Assembly: GCA_043228905.1 (NCBI GenBank)
Contig: JBHGNT010000022.1
Span: forward strand, 1,240,001-1,304,000
Direction of reading: 5' to 3'
Length of the DNA: 64,000 nt
Source of the DNA: Azolla caroliniana
Lineage: Eukaryota > Plantae > Polypodiophyta
Below, in pieces: positions 12,001 to 25,948 of the stretch (position 1 is the first letter of the stretch; the number at the start of each line of letters is the position of its first letter). The notes below the pieces were generated by a model. The model did not search any database. It saw only the letters and a program-made list of their open reading frames with translations, and was not told where the DNA came from. A program made the translations under genes and the position numbers.

Positions 12001-15000
12001 CAAATTGTTCAATTCATTTGAAATTTAACATATTTAATGAAGAATCTAAAATCTGGCTTAATTTCTTGTCTGATAGGTGCTTGTGATAGCATTGCTACTG
12101 AAGTTTATAATGAGACGCCAGTTCACAGTTATGCAGGTTTGTTATGATCATCCTCATATATAAACATTACAGTTTTTAGACGAAGAACTTCCTTTCAAAG
12201 AAATTGCCATCTGAAAATATTTGGCAGTTTCAAAGATATATTCATACAGCATTAAGACTGATTAAGACACATACGCAAATTAACACAATGCATGTGCAAC
12301 ATGTTGATCCTTCGAAATTTGAGACTTGTTGAATTATCTCAAAGGTCGTCACTTGTATTTTGATACAGTATTCACAGATCCATTTGTGCAAATCATCATA
12401 TTCTATGTAGGCCGTAAGTTTCATAGTGATCTGAAACAGAATTTAGATTTCGTAAATTATGATGAGAGTTTCAATTGGCCTTTTACTAGGTAGTTCTTCA
12501 AGCTATTTAGTCAGTGATGCTAAAGAATGAAAATGCGTAAATGTTAAATGTTAAATGTTAAATGTTAAATGATTATATGATTTGTTAAAATATCAAATCT
12601 TGCCCTGAACTTACCCTATTTAATTAAACAGTGGGAAGCCTTAGGGCTTCTATTGATTGGAATCAGTGTCAATCAGCTGCGAGCAACACCTACAGGCACG
12701 ACCTTCGGTTTTCCAGAAGCAACTGGTGCCTATATTTACACCTTATTTTTTGTGAGTGCAACCCTAAACCCTCTTCTATCGCGTTCGGTAGCATATTGTT
12801 TCAAGTGGTTAAAGATGCTTTGAATGTATTGTAGATCACAGTGCCATCTCTAGCATCTGTATTCAATGAGTATGCCTTAAAGAGTCAGTTTGATACAAGC
12901 ATATACCTACAGGTAATGGCTATGTAAAGTTTCCTACTGTACGTTTAGTCATTGTAAGAAGTTACCTACAGAAGTTCATAAGACCTCATTCTCCTATGTT
13001 CTGCAGAATCTGTTTCTATATGGTTATGGTGCAATATTCAACCTCATTGCTATTATTATAACAACAGCTTTTCAAGGTTTCGAACATTTACAGCATCTTC
13101 AGTTATTACAAGAAGTGTGTGTTTATTTTCTAATTGACTGTGTACTTGAGATGCTCATAGAAAATAATAAGATACATTAATAAATTAGAGTTTCCTAATT
13201 TTGGGTATTAGATGTTCAATATCAATACTCTTTGAATATAGGGTATAAGCTCAGTGATTGATTTGCACATTTAGGATTACAAGAAATAAATGCTGGTATA
13301 CGAGTTAAAGTATTATTGGGCACTGATCATGTATGTCGCAGATGCAATGTTTTGCCTGTCATTCTGGTTTGTATTGTGTTTTGATTTGCACATCTTTAAT
13401 GATTTTTTTTATTAAATAGAGGATTCCCTGTCTCTTTTCGAGTTATATGGTAATATTAGTACTTCTGATATCTTTATTTGGCTTATATAAGGCCTTGCTG
13501 TATAAAAGACCAAGGAGAAAAAAATCATGCATGTTAATAGGAAGAGGACATTCGGCAAGACAAATCACAAGATGATGGGAACAGTGTAGATACAGCTACA
13601 GTGGTGATCAAAACAAAATTCACACAAGAAAAGAGAAGGAATGATTATGACAGCCGCACAGGCATTTGCCAGTGGATAACAACGTATAGTGCTCCAGACT
13701 ACAGCCATAGGATGATATCAGTCTTTAAGATCCAGAAGCTCCTGGAGAGCTTCCGTACCTCGATGTACACAAACAGGTGGTTCAATTCCACTGGCCGGCT
13801 ATGCCATCTCCCAAGAGTGCACCTTATATAGGCCCCTCCTTTCTAGTTTGTCTTCTTTGAGCATGCCAGTGGATAACAACATATAGTGCGCCAGACTACA
13901 GCCGTAGGATGATATCAGTCTTTAAGATCCAGAAGCTCCTGGAGAGCTTCCGTACCTTGACGTACACAAACAGTTGGTTCAATTCCACTGGCCGGCTCTG
14001 TTTATGCCATCTCCCAAGAGTGCACCTTATATAGGCCCCTCCTTTCTAGTTTGTCTCCTTTGAGCATGCAATGGGTAGCTCTAAAGCGAGATTCCTTGAT
14101 ATTCCCATGAACATGTGCTGTTACACTGGCTATTGTCTTAGTTTGGCCAGGGAAAATCTTCAGTGTTGGGGAACCGGGCTGGGGATCTGCTGGATTTCAG
14201 TTTCACTCCTCACCTCATGTAGCACTTCTATCTGATTCTGTTGCCAACATGTGTTTGCACATGCCAATTTAGTGATATATTCAGGTCTGAACTAGTGGGA
14301 GTTTCATATAAAAAACTCTATATATAGTTGAGTGATTAAGTAAAGTCTTTTGAGAACAAATGACGAGTATTGGTGATCCTATTCCCTTTGGAACTGTACT
14401 CTGTTGACCTTATGTTCTTGCATACAAGAGCAGGTGGATAAATGATATACAATTTTGGCAACTGGGGAGAGAAGTGTGTGCCTCACACATGACTAATACG
14501 CATAAATATAAGAAAAATATAGGCATTTCTCTGTTCAATAAAACATTTTAAGGGCTCACTTTCATATTTGATTTCTTGGAGACTCAAGATCATGCAATGA
14601 CGGAGACACACCAGCATTTGTATTTACCCTTGAATATTTAATTCTTAGACCATTTTTCATATGCTGGCTTTATCTTATAACAAGTATTTTCTGGGCTTTC
14701 TAGCATGATGTTATTGATTAATTTAATGCCTACTTTAATTATGTTAAATAGGAGGGAACCACCTTGATGTTTTTCATGGGCATTCCAAAGCCACAATGCT
14801 GCTCATCCTTAACAATGCAGCCCAAGGAATACTCTCATCCTTCTTTTTCAAATATGCTGGTATGACTCAACCTCTTTTAGTTAATCTATCATGGAAGTTC
14901 TGAGTGTGAGTTTGTCTTTTCAATAAATTTGAGGATCTGTTATAATAAGTCTGATGTTGCAATGGTTCCAGTCTCAGTTAAAGTGTAAATTTGACTATGT

Positions 15001-16369
15001 AAATGTCTTGTGGCTTGGAATATCAGATAGAGTTATTACGAAATCGATCAAGTTCATGGTTGTGGATAAACATTGATTACATAGAACCTGTGAAAATTAT
15101 TTGAGTTGTCAAGTACATTTAAAGAGTACCTTCATTTGAACTTTTGGTCGGTATTGAATGAAGCAAACAATAATATTTGCATTCCTCAAGAAACACTATT
15201 TCGCACTGAAAATGTTTTTTGTGGTATCAAGAATACTAATACTGAATTTCTTTATCAAATACCAGATACAATCTTAAAGAAATACTCTTCAACTGTCGCC
15301 ACCATCTTTACTGGGTTGGCATCTGCAGCTCTCTTTGGACACACCTTGACAATTAATTTCATTCTTGGTGTTTCAATTGTCTTCATATCGATGCATCAGG
15401 TTAGGAATACAGGATGCTATTTATATGTGCTGGGAAAATATTATAATTGCATTTAAAATGGAATGTGTACTGATGACCACCTCCATCATTGGATTGCTTC
15501 CTGGTTGCAGTTCTTCTCCTCACTCTCGAAACCAAAAGATAAGGAGTCCGACCAACATCCATTGGATGGTGAAATGAACACAATGTAAACATCTTTACCG
15601 TTGTATAGATATAATATGCACATATTCTGAAATGGGCTGCTTCATATAAAAAGTCTTTCTAGAGGGAGTTTATCAAGTAGGCTATCATCTGTGTCCAAAT
15701 CTTAGAATGCTGTGTGCTGAGACTGTTTCTCTTACATGAAACATTTGCAAACTGTTCTATAATACTTTTAAGTTAGAAATGCATGTTTTTTGGGGTTACT
15801 CCTATGAAGTGAAATGTCTCCTCTCTCTTACTCTCTTATTGTACTATTTTTGGACTTGCATTCATACTGTAGTTGGACCTGTAGGTTGAACTGCTTCTTG
15901 TGATTATCGACATGAATTTAAATCTCCTCTCCATCTCTCATCATATGATCTTTACATTCTTGCAGGACAAAGGACTCATCTTTATTAAACATGGCTACAG
16001 GTGCTTCAGAAGAGGTAAGGATGATTTTAGGTGATTTTTAGCCAGTTTGTTTAATGGGAAAACTCCAAAAAACGTTTGTGTGCAGTTTATTGTGCTTAAG
16101 AGACCCTTCACTTTTTAAAACACTACCAGGATGCCTTCCTGTAATATAAACTTCACTTACCACAGAGGGGTATTTTAGTAATTATTTAAAATTACAGGGA
16201 TGTTCTGTAAATGTCTCTGAAAGTACTGGTATTTTTGGGTTTTCTTGTTTTGGTTTATCACCATACTTATACATCAGCTAATGGCATTGTGCAGGCGGCT
16301 CATAAAATAAGCATTAGAAATGAGATGGAACCACTTCTACCAATCCACACTTCTCATGAATCAAGATGA
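9062..16369 (+). CDS. Nucleotide-sugar transporter, SLC35A / plant CMP-sialic acid transporter-like; 14 coding exons, 406 aa
   Basis: Exons 9062-9217, 10017-10133, 11159-11215, 11783-11860, 11945-11989, 12077-12136, 12632-12751, 12835-12912, 13007-13076, 14752-14859, 15266-15399, 15511-15584, 15966-16014 and 16295-16369 sum to 1221 nt in one open frame. Motifs include [52 protein letters not shown] and [24 protein letters not shown] probable non-coding 5' exon ends at a CAG|GTAAAT donor near 8127. Confidence 0.95.
10731..10901. repeat. Intronic tandem duplication (~89 bp period)
   Basis: TTGCAGCAGAA(A/G)CTATTCATGACCATTATAAACTCTTCTTTGTTAAGTCACTT occurs twice. Confidence 0.85.
13667..14069. 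repeat. Intronic tandem duplication, 2 x ~197-205 bp, nearly identical
   Basis: TGCCAGTGGATAACAAC starts at 13667 and 13864; the second copy has a small insertion. Confidence 0.92.
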
Positions 16370-18568
16370 AGATGTTTTTGTTGCTACACATGAATTTATG
16401 TGCACAGAAGATCCATTTGGATTTGGCACAATATCTCGCAACACTAATGATTTTGACTCAGCAGGGCATTGTTGTAGCTGAAACTGAATGATATGATAAC
16501 TGACCTGCTCCAGCTCTTTCGGCTCGTTAGGGATTTTGAAGGAAAATGAAGAATGCTTCATTATCTAGTGAGGCTAGAGGCATCATATATGATATATATA
16601 TATATTATATAAATATTCTTTGATTCAAAATTCATGTATGTACATTTTCTGAGCAAATATTATGAAATACTATTGCCCATATTTTTGGATTTTCTGATGC
16701 CGGGTGTTTCAACTATGAAGTCCAATTTATTTTCGGCTGAATCGGCAGCGTTCTGTTTCGTGATGATTCTCGTTTTATTGAAGGTTTATATGCTGGGGAA
16801 GAAGGCCCATAATTCATGTAATTTTAGCATATAATTGATCAATGATAGTGTCCTTAAAATCAAGTCATTGTTTTATATAGGCATATAATTATATGCTTCG
16901 GAACAAGAACAGGGCCCGCCATAATTCTACAATTCATGTGTTTCAAATGTTATTGATATTTGCTATTGTAGCTAAACAATCATGTGGTTCTTTGGTTTGG
17001 GTTTTAATATACGAGTCTTGTGTTGAACACCTCGAAATATTAGCTTGCTACATGATTCACATACAATAATTTAAATTGGTTGATAAAATTTGTCCTATGA
17101 GTTATGTGGTGAGAGAATTTAACTAAAATTGTGAAGATCACAAGATTTGTAAGATCAAACTTTTTGCAAGGACTTGTAAATGGGAAGTTGGGGGCAAAAT
17201 GCATGCGTGTACTATAGTTCCAAGTGGGTTTGAACACATGATGTTGGTAATTTCCTTCTTAGTGAAGATGAATCTCAATGTAGTTGGTGAGAGACTTGGT
17301 TCTGTTGTTCTTAGGACCCAAAACAAATTTGTAGGGTTGAAGAAAACCTTATCAAATCACAACTATTCCGATCAATATTGATGAAGCATATTGATGAGGT
17401 TTCTAGATGTGCTTAAATCAACACTATTGTGTGTCTTTAAATTACAACTTTTTTTGTCCTGAATCTTTAGTAATTGTAGATGTAATGGTTGAAGTAATCT
17501 TGCCATTCATGGTAATGATCTCTATGTGCCTATAAATAGGCATCCCTTGTTACTATATTACATGATCATCCCTTGAGACCCCACCACATAGACATGTAGT
17601 TGTTAATTAATCAATCTTACTCGATGATTTTGTTTTGTCTTGGTCACGCTATTCAATCAGTATGTTATTATTGTCTTTTGAATCAAGATCCATATAGGGT
17701 ATGCCATATCTAGGGAAGAATGACATTTGACTGTAGCTTTCATCTCGCTCCTCCCCAAGTGCCAATCTTTTTGAAAGGTGGAAAGTCAAACCCAACATCT
17801 ATCAATTTTGTTCGAGTATCTTTTGGTAATGTTTTAGCCAACGTGTAAATAATACCTCAAACAATAAGTTAGAGGTTTTCCATGTTGCAACTCATCTCCT
17901 TTATAAGAACATTAAACTAGATCTCATAACATCACCTCAAAAACAATGGGCCACAACTTGTTCATCGCCAAACTCATATTAGCATATAAAAACAATATGG
18001 TTCGGCTTTTAGCAATACATATATAATATGCATGGACATAGGTAGGCTGGTTTTTAGGAATGCATATGGAGGCCACAAGCACATCCATGTTGGGCCTTTA
18101 GCAATGCATACAAAATACACACTCATGAATGCGTGCCTGTGCACATACACAAACATTGCAATTGGCACATAAAAAATTGAAGACACGGCCTAGCAACAAA
18201 CACAAGCACTAAATGGTTTGTTTTTTTTTCCAAAGTGGTTGTAACGGATAAAATAGAGGAAAGGACTGTTCAAAGGTCTAAGAATGGATCAAGTATCTCA
18301 TGTTCAAAGGTCTAAGAATGGATCAAGTATGTCATCCTCTTATGCCTACATGGAAATAGTATGCCATGTGTAATGCTTTTTTTAAGGAGTGCTTACCAAG
18401 CGAGAATCCACATGGATTTTTTTAACTACAAAAACACTTACTACCAACAAAATAGAAAGAAAGAAAGGAAGGGACACAATGGAGAGCTCCAGGAGTCTCA
18501 TCAACTAGTTCGTAGTGATCATCATCCATTCCCTCTCCCTCTAAGAAAGAAAGAAAGAAAGACACACA

Positions 18569-20165
18569 ATGGAGAGCTCCTCTCACAAACTAGCTAGTAG
18601 TGATAATCATCCCTTCTCTCACCCTCTGCATGAGTTTGTGAAAGTGTCACCCATAGTGAAGCACCAAAACTACTTGAAAGCAACCCTTCTCCTTCGATCA
18701 TGCCTTCTTTCCCTCTTCCTTCTTGTCTATCGACTCCCTACATGCCTAATCCAAAACAGTGATGGCATCTACAAAGGAAAAAACCTCCTATGGATTGCTT
18801 TTGTGTGCGAGTTATGGCTCTCTCTTCAAGCCCACCTCTCTTTGGTTGTGAGGTGGTCACTTGTTGAACGTGTAACTCACACTTCTAGACTTGTATCCAT
18901 GTTACATGGCCTAGGAGAGCTACCCCCTAGTGTTGATGTCTTTGTGACCACATGTGACCCTATTCTAGAACCCCCCTTGATCACCATCAATACTATGCTT
19001 TCTGGGCTAGCCTTAGATTACCCCTCTTGCCGGCTCGCTTGTTATGTCTCTGACGATGGAGGATCCATTCTCACTTTGTGGGCCATCAAGCAAGCTTCAT
19101 CGTTCGCTCGAGATTGGGTCCCATTTTGTCGACGTTTCGATATAGTGGGACCTCGGGCACCCGGTCCCCATTTTGCTCGGTCTACCTCGGAAGTTGATGC
19201 AAAGTCTAGTGGTTTCTATGATGAGTGGATTGCAATGAAGGTTGTGCTAGTTTCAATATCTAAAGACATGTTTCTAATAGCATTTTGATATTTCTCATTC
19301 TCTCTTTATTATATTTTTGCATTTACAAGAAATATATTGGGGGTCTCAATCACATGGAGTCTCCTTAAAGAAACGTTTGCACTATCATAAACATTGTGTA
19401 TTAGGAGAAAAACCATGTAATTGGCAAGATGAAGCGAGATGGGCGCATGGTTCCTTACCCATGCACCTAGAAATACACATATTCTCACTTGTTGAAGCTC
19501 ATTGTATTAAACCCACCTCACCTAGCTAGAGATAGGGACTTGCACCCACATAAACTCATGATATATGGATCCTCACCTTTTTTTACCAATGATAATGATG
19601 ATCCCACCATACCTAGCAAGCAATGTCTTGGAGCGCGCGCACCTACAAAAGCTCACAAGTTTTAACATTTTAAGGGCATGCCTTTGAAGTTATGGCCGTC
19701 GCACATTGACATTTTTTAATTGCTTATCATGGTTATTTGATGTGATTTATCAGGCTCAAAACATCTTATAAATATGATTTACAGACCAAGTATGAGGAGT
19801 TGGAATTTAGAGTAACATCCATGACGGAGATGTACAATGATCAAAATTCAAAGCAAATTGCCATCGGAATGTTGACCGCAAACTTGAGGGCAACATTGAA
19901 AGATAACACGAATTCACACCAGCTAGCATTATATGAGTCATGGGCAACCAATGGCGACGATATGCGACATCACGAAAGCTATTGCGAAGTATTTATCTCG
20001 TTTCTTTGATGGTATCATACTCATTATTTGTTGTTTACTAACTTTTGTAAGTGTGCAGGTGCTCATAGACAAGGAGGAAGAGGGAATACCCTCTCTAATC
20101 TATCTATGCAGACAAAAGCATCTCAAATCCAAACACTACTACAAAGCTGGCAACATGAATGCCTT

Positions 20166-20213
<48 letters not shown>

Positions 20214-23200
20214 ACTTCATGTTATGAAAACACTACAATGGTACAAAATTCCCTTGGTCTAGCTCCTACACCATTTCCTACAAAATGGTGGTTCAAAATA
20301 TAGTGTCTTTGACATCATCAATTCCCATTGTAGTTGAGCCAAAATATGTCTTTTTTCCCATCACACAAAATGCAAGTTTTAATAGTTAAAAGGATTGGGA
20401 GTTTGATTACTTTAAATTAGTGGAAGAATTTCACCATCATCTCTTGCTTTTCACCTTGCCACCATAATTATGTCCCTCTTTTTGTTCCAAAAAGTACTAC
20501 AAGTAATAAAAAGTAGAGAACTTATGGCAAGGTAAACCTCCTAATGTGCTATAAATAAAATTAGCTCATATGAGAACCTTGGACAATGTGCCCATAGAAT
20601 TGCTAAATCTTTTTTCTTTTTTCAATCTACTTACATGTGGTGGTACTATACCCCATTGTTGATAGTACAATTATACCATTTTTTTCATTTATGGAGGTAA
20701 TGTAGCTCTCCCTCCGAGTGGAAGGGGGACTAAAATATCCTAGTTGACTATGACCATGGGCCATAATTTAGCCATAATTTAGCAACTATATGACGAGATA
20801 AGACAAAGCATTTATATATCACGTTTTCCTTAGGTATGATGTACAATAAATATGTGTCCATATGCAATATGTTCATGTTTTAAATTGTTGAATTTGACCT
20901 GCTTATTGATACTCAATGAAGCAATAGTTTAGCATAGAACAGTTGATGGGATTAGCATTGTATGCTCAAGACTCATCCATCTCTATTGATGGAAAAGTTT
21001 CCTTTTTGGCTTAGAAAAGGCTTGAATCTTGTTAGAAAATTAACAATTCTTATGCTTTGACAAGAATATGAACTTAGATCCAATTGTTCTCAATTCCCAA
21101 ATAACGGGTGAACATGACTAATGTGAATAGTCTATGAGGCCGTAGGTTGATTCACCAATTGATATATGTAGGTAGTTATACAAATGGTTTTGGATAGTTT
21201 GTCTAGACAACCATGAATTTGGCCATCGACCAAAATATTAAGAATAAATGCTTTGAACAAAGTTTCCTAGAACATTTAATATAATGTGTTTAGTCTTAGT
21301 TCGAGGAGAGCCATATTGGGGCTTGATCTATAACACTTGTGTTAAATTCGTTATTATTATTGATGACATATTGGTTATATTAATATATTGCCTCATAAAT
21401 GATATTTTTTAGATTCGTGTATCGAGTATATTTACAAATGCACCTTTCATCATCAACCTTGATTGCGATATGTATGTGAATGATGCAAAAGCTCTCCTGC
21501 ATGCCATGTGTTTTTTCATGGATCCAAGCATCAACACTTGTCTAGCATATGTGCAATTTCCACAAGCCTTTGAAGGTATAGATAACAACAATAGCACGGT
21601 TGCTAATGTGATGAAGATTGCTATGGAGGTACATAACTTCATTTTATTATTGTATGCATAAATAACTTAATTTGTCTATGTCCTAGTTAGGCTCCATCTA
21701 CTTAATACTAGCCTTGGGGAAAAGAAGTTCATTGTTATAATGCACATAAGACAACACGATGATAATAAACTTAACATGTCAAAATTCAACTCTTTTGTAT
21801 TATTGCTGTTTGACGTAGGTGCTTTTTAAAGGGTTTGATGGTGCCCAAGGGCCAATATATTGTGGGACTTGTTGTATACATAAGAGGGAAGCCTTGCATG
21901 GAAAGACAACCGATGATGTTCCTCAAAATGGTAAGCTTGACATTACAAGATTTCATGTTTACAATGGGGCCTAAGGTGCAAAATGAATCTATTTTCCATA
22001 TTGTAGTTACAAATGTCATCTGCTCATTATATTAAATGAATTTATATAGTACTCATGGTTTATGGGTCATAATAGCTTTAAACAAAGTATGATAGACTAT
22101 AACATAGTATGAATGTCGATGCCATATATATAATATCATGCAACCTCATGACTCCAATAACACATTTGACTACATTCTAATCTTGAGACCAAATATTGCA
22201 CTTCAATCTAATCAGAGATGAAAATCTATACATAAAAGACATACAATGTTAAGTAGGGCTTTTTTGTGAAAACTACTGGTCTTCTATCTATTAATTTGAT
22301 TTGAAGGACTTTTATACTAACCTCGTTGTTGAATGCTTTGATTTGGATGTTTATAGGTCTGGCAAGCAAAAGTTTGGGGAATTCAATAACATTTGCAAAC
22401 GTGTTCAATAAGAAAAGTCAAGACCACCTTACTCTCCAACGATCTGATTTTGTGGAAGAGGCAATCAAGTTGGTTAGTTGCACATATGAAGATGGAACTA
22501 ATTGGGGCAATGATGTATGCTAATCTCAAATATCTATACATAATATGAATGGGCTAATTCAATAGATACTTGACCATACCACATGTAAATTGTGAATATA
22601 GGTGGGATTAATCTATGGGTCAACAACGGAAGATGTGATAACAAGTCTAAAAATTCAAGGAAAGGGATGGAAATCAATATTTATTTCACCAAAGACTCCA
22701 GCATTTTTGGGTTGCGCCCCAATATCAAGCGAGGATGCTTTTGAAACAAAGAAACGGTGGGCAACAGGATTTTTAGAGATATTAGTTGGAGCCAATTCTC
22801 CATTTTCATTTACAAAAAATCCTCGACTAACAATGATCCAAAGATTAAATTACATGTTCATTTGCAACTATTCGGCAATATCGATCCCATTAACAATCTA
22901 TGCAGTGCTACCTTGTGCATCATTATTGACTAGAAGGCCTTTATACCCAAAGGTAATGCTTCTTTCCTTTCTAGGCATGATCAAGGAAACATGCAAAGTA
23001 GGGTCACAAACTAACATATAATTTAGAAGACATTCACATGTTTTCTCACACAAGGAAAGATAATGAGATTGGGAGTCTTCTATAGGTAAGGTGAAGAATC
23101 TAAGCTGCATGATTGGTGATCCCATGCGGAACTTACTATTTCTCATGTTTCCTTAATAGGATTTAACATATAGGTAGGGCATTGCATTCTAGGTAGATGT

Positions 23201-24381
23201 GTTGGGGAAAATGCTATGCGAACCTTAGCTACATAAATACATAAATGTTCATTAGTTCTTATTAGTATGCATCCGATGACATTGGTTCCACCACAACCTA
23301 AGTCTTGGTTTGCCTAACTTAAAAAAGTGTATGATGTTAGTTCCTAATGAAGAAGAATGAGGTTAAAACATAAGCATGTGAGACATACAATGTTAGATTG
23401 TCATTATTATCTAGCATTTCCTTAAGGTGGAGCAATGTTTTCAAAAGCTAATGATTTAGAAAGTAATTTGTAAACACATTTTTAAGCCCATATTATTATT
23501 GCGCATGATCTCAAATTGAAAATGTAAAGAGTTTTAATTATAGGAACATTAATTAAATCTATTGCTCATGATTGAATTGATAACCTAAAGTTCGGAAACC
23601 ATAAGCCATGAACTTCTACATTGAACTTCTAAGACTGAAAGTAATGGTTATTAGTTTGGGACAATGTTTAAAGTCTTCCATAAGTTTTATAGAGGCATTG
23701 CTAGCATATTGTGCATTACCATGTAATGACTAGTAGTGATTGCTTATGATGGTCGTTATGTTCTCTTAATTGTTTTATAATTTGGTACTTTACAATGTAA
23801 TGTCTTGTTGTCATATTATTTTGATAAAACAGGTAATGGAAGGGGAGAATGGGCATATGCATTATTGGTTGCTATTAGTTGTGGGGGGCATGTTATATGG
23901 GTGCTCGTATTTGGAAGCCTTTATAGTGGGTTTAACACCATCAGATTGGTGGAGCCGTGAGCAAATAGAGATGGTGGCTGCCACATCATGCCACTTGTCT
24001 GCAGCCTACGATGTCTTCAAAAAAGTATTAGGGATCTTGGATATCGAGTTTCGAGTCACTCCCAAAACCAAAATAAAAGAAGTTCCTCATAAGAACGTGG
24101 CAACAACTAAGGAGGATGTTATATTAGGCGACTTCTTGGTAACAAATAGAAAACATATGTCGTTTATACCTCCTACTACCATTGTTCTTTTGAATGTGGT
24201 GGGGCTTCTATACTGGATGGTCTTTTGTGCTTGCACAAGAGAGGCCTTGCCAATGATTGAGGTAGCATGTTGTGTGTGGGTGGTGGTTTTGTTACGAAAG
24301 GGAGTTCACTCCTCTATCCTCCTTTGCTCTTCATTACTTGCCTTGGCTTTTGTTGTCCTAACATTTCTCCCTATTAATTAG
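18569..24381 (+). CDS. Cellulose synthase-like GT2 protein, CslB/CslH-like; 8 exons, 789 aa, intact frame
   Basis: Exons 18569-19240, 19785-19988, 20059-20166, 21413-21628, 21819-21930, 22357-22514, 22602-22952 and 23833-24381 sum to 2370 nt. Motifs: [65 protein letters not shown]. There is no N-terminal CesA zinc finger. The subfamily is assigned from motif resemblance only. Confidence 0.9.
20168..20208. repeat. (CT)n microsatellite abutting the CSL intron-3 donor
   Basis: TTG|GTCTCTCTCT... Confidence 0.95.
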
Positions 24382-25140
24382 GGACAAGTGTGTAGCCTTT
24401 TAGAATCCTTGTTTGCAAAAAATAAAGTCAAAAGTGAAAAGTCAACACAATTTGTCTTCGAAAGTGTTGAATAAGGTTGGGATGTGATGGAGTGAAGTCA
24501 AGTCCATCATGTCCTCTTCATATATGTCTCTAAACTAGTCCAAATGGGTTTTGTGTAGGGTTTCGAAAATATTAAATTGCAATGTGGTTTGTACAATCTG
24601 GAAGTGATAGGGTGTATGAAAATTCAACCAGGCTCAATTTGTTTCATAATGTGCACTTGAAATCCTAGTTTTGAATGTGTTGCAAAAGAAAACGTATGGA
24701 TATTTTGTTAAGTCAATAACATTTTCCTAACAAAAATTTTAATATGTTATGGATCTTCTAAGAAGTGCTAGGAAAACTTGGGTTTGAACTTTTCGAGAGG
24801 GGGTCATCAATATGTCACAATATTCAATTATAAGATTTCACATAGAGCAATAAAAGAGAGGGGAGTTTGTTAAGACACAAATACTTTGATACTTATGCAA
24901 TACATGTTAGTCATATAATGTTAAAACATATTGTAGCCATTGTTAAATGGAACATGTCTCAACCACTCATATAATGTTAAAACACATTATAACCATTGTT
25001 AAATGGTAGTCTGTGGCATCCTTAAGACATCTTGAAGAGGCTCAATCAAGCACACATTACATCAAGATAGACGCATTTGAAGGGGTAGCAATATATTGTT
25101 TGTTCTCCGAGACATACAAATTCACCCATTGTTTGTAAAC

Positions 25141-25948
25141 TAGGAATTGACAACAGTTTGGTTTTGGCTTAACGGGTTTGGCCTTGTCCAAACCAAACGG
25201 GTTTGGAAGTTTCCAAACTTGAACCAAACCAATTCCTAAATTGGTTAGCCTTAACTGGTTTGGCGACCGGTTTGGGCCAAATCGGTTCGGTTAAGCTTGA
25301 GCCATCCCAAACTAAGCTCAAACCAATTAAGGAAGCTCAAGCCTAAACCGAACCGAATGGACAAACTGTTTAAAAAGGATTTAAAGGATTCCCTTCTTTA
25401 ATAAAGTGCAAAGATGTAGGCAAATCACTAATGTATTGGGGAACTTTTTGAGCTTGCATCTTCTTTAATGTTGGATAATATGAGAACATGCAAGGAGCAT
25501 CCTATGATCATTTCTAGAAGTATTTATTTATGGAGGTGTCATTATAAACCACTAGAATTGTCATATGATTCATATTTTTATCTTCATTAAGATGTCAGTA
25601 TGTATATATACTTGGAATAAGTACCACACCGGTTAAAATTGTTTTGTTAATTGTGTGTTGCCACATATGGGTGATTAGGAGTAACCAACGGTTCAGTTTC
25701 AGCTTAAATGGTTTGGGAGTTTCCAAACTTGAACTGAATCGGTTCCTAAATGGGTTAAGGCTAACCGGTTTGGTCTAATTGGTTGAGCCTAAACTAGTTT
25801 AGCCAAGACAACTAGGCCTTAACCGGTTTCGCCCAAATCGGTTCAGTTTGGCTTGAACCATTCCAAACTGATAAGGACGCTTAAGCCTAAACCAAACTGA
25901 ACTACCATAGTTCGGTTCAAGCTTGAGCTAAGCCATTGCCGATTCCTA
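25141..25948. mobile_element. Non-autonomous TIR element (hAT/MITE-like) with AACCG/CGGTT subterminal repeats
   Basis: Imperfect terminal inverted repeats TAGGAATTGACAA (25141) and TTGCCGATTCCTA (ending 25948). Two similar AACCGG-rich blocks lie at ~25165-25370 and ~25690-25925. No clear TSD. Confidence 0.55.

Noticed and set aside
17040-17970. Possible old TE coding remnant between the transporter and CSL
   Set aside because: No diagnostic motif could be read with confidence.
19530-19585. Faint antisense tRNA/SINE-like motif in CSL intron 1
   Set aside because: Too degenerate to support by eye.
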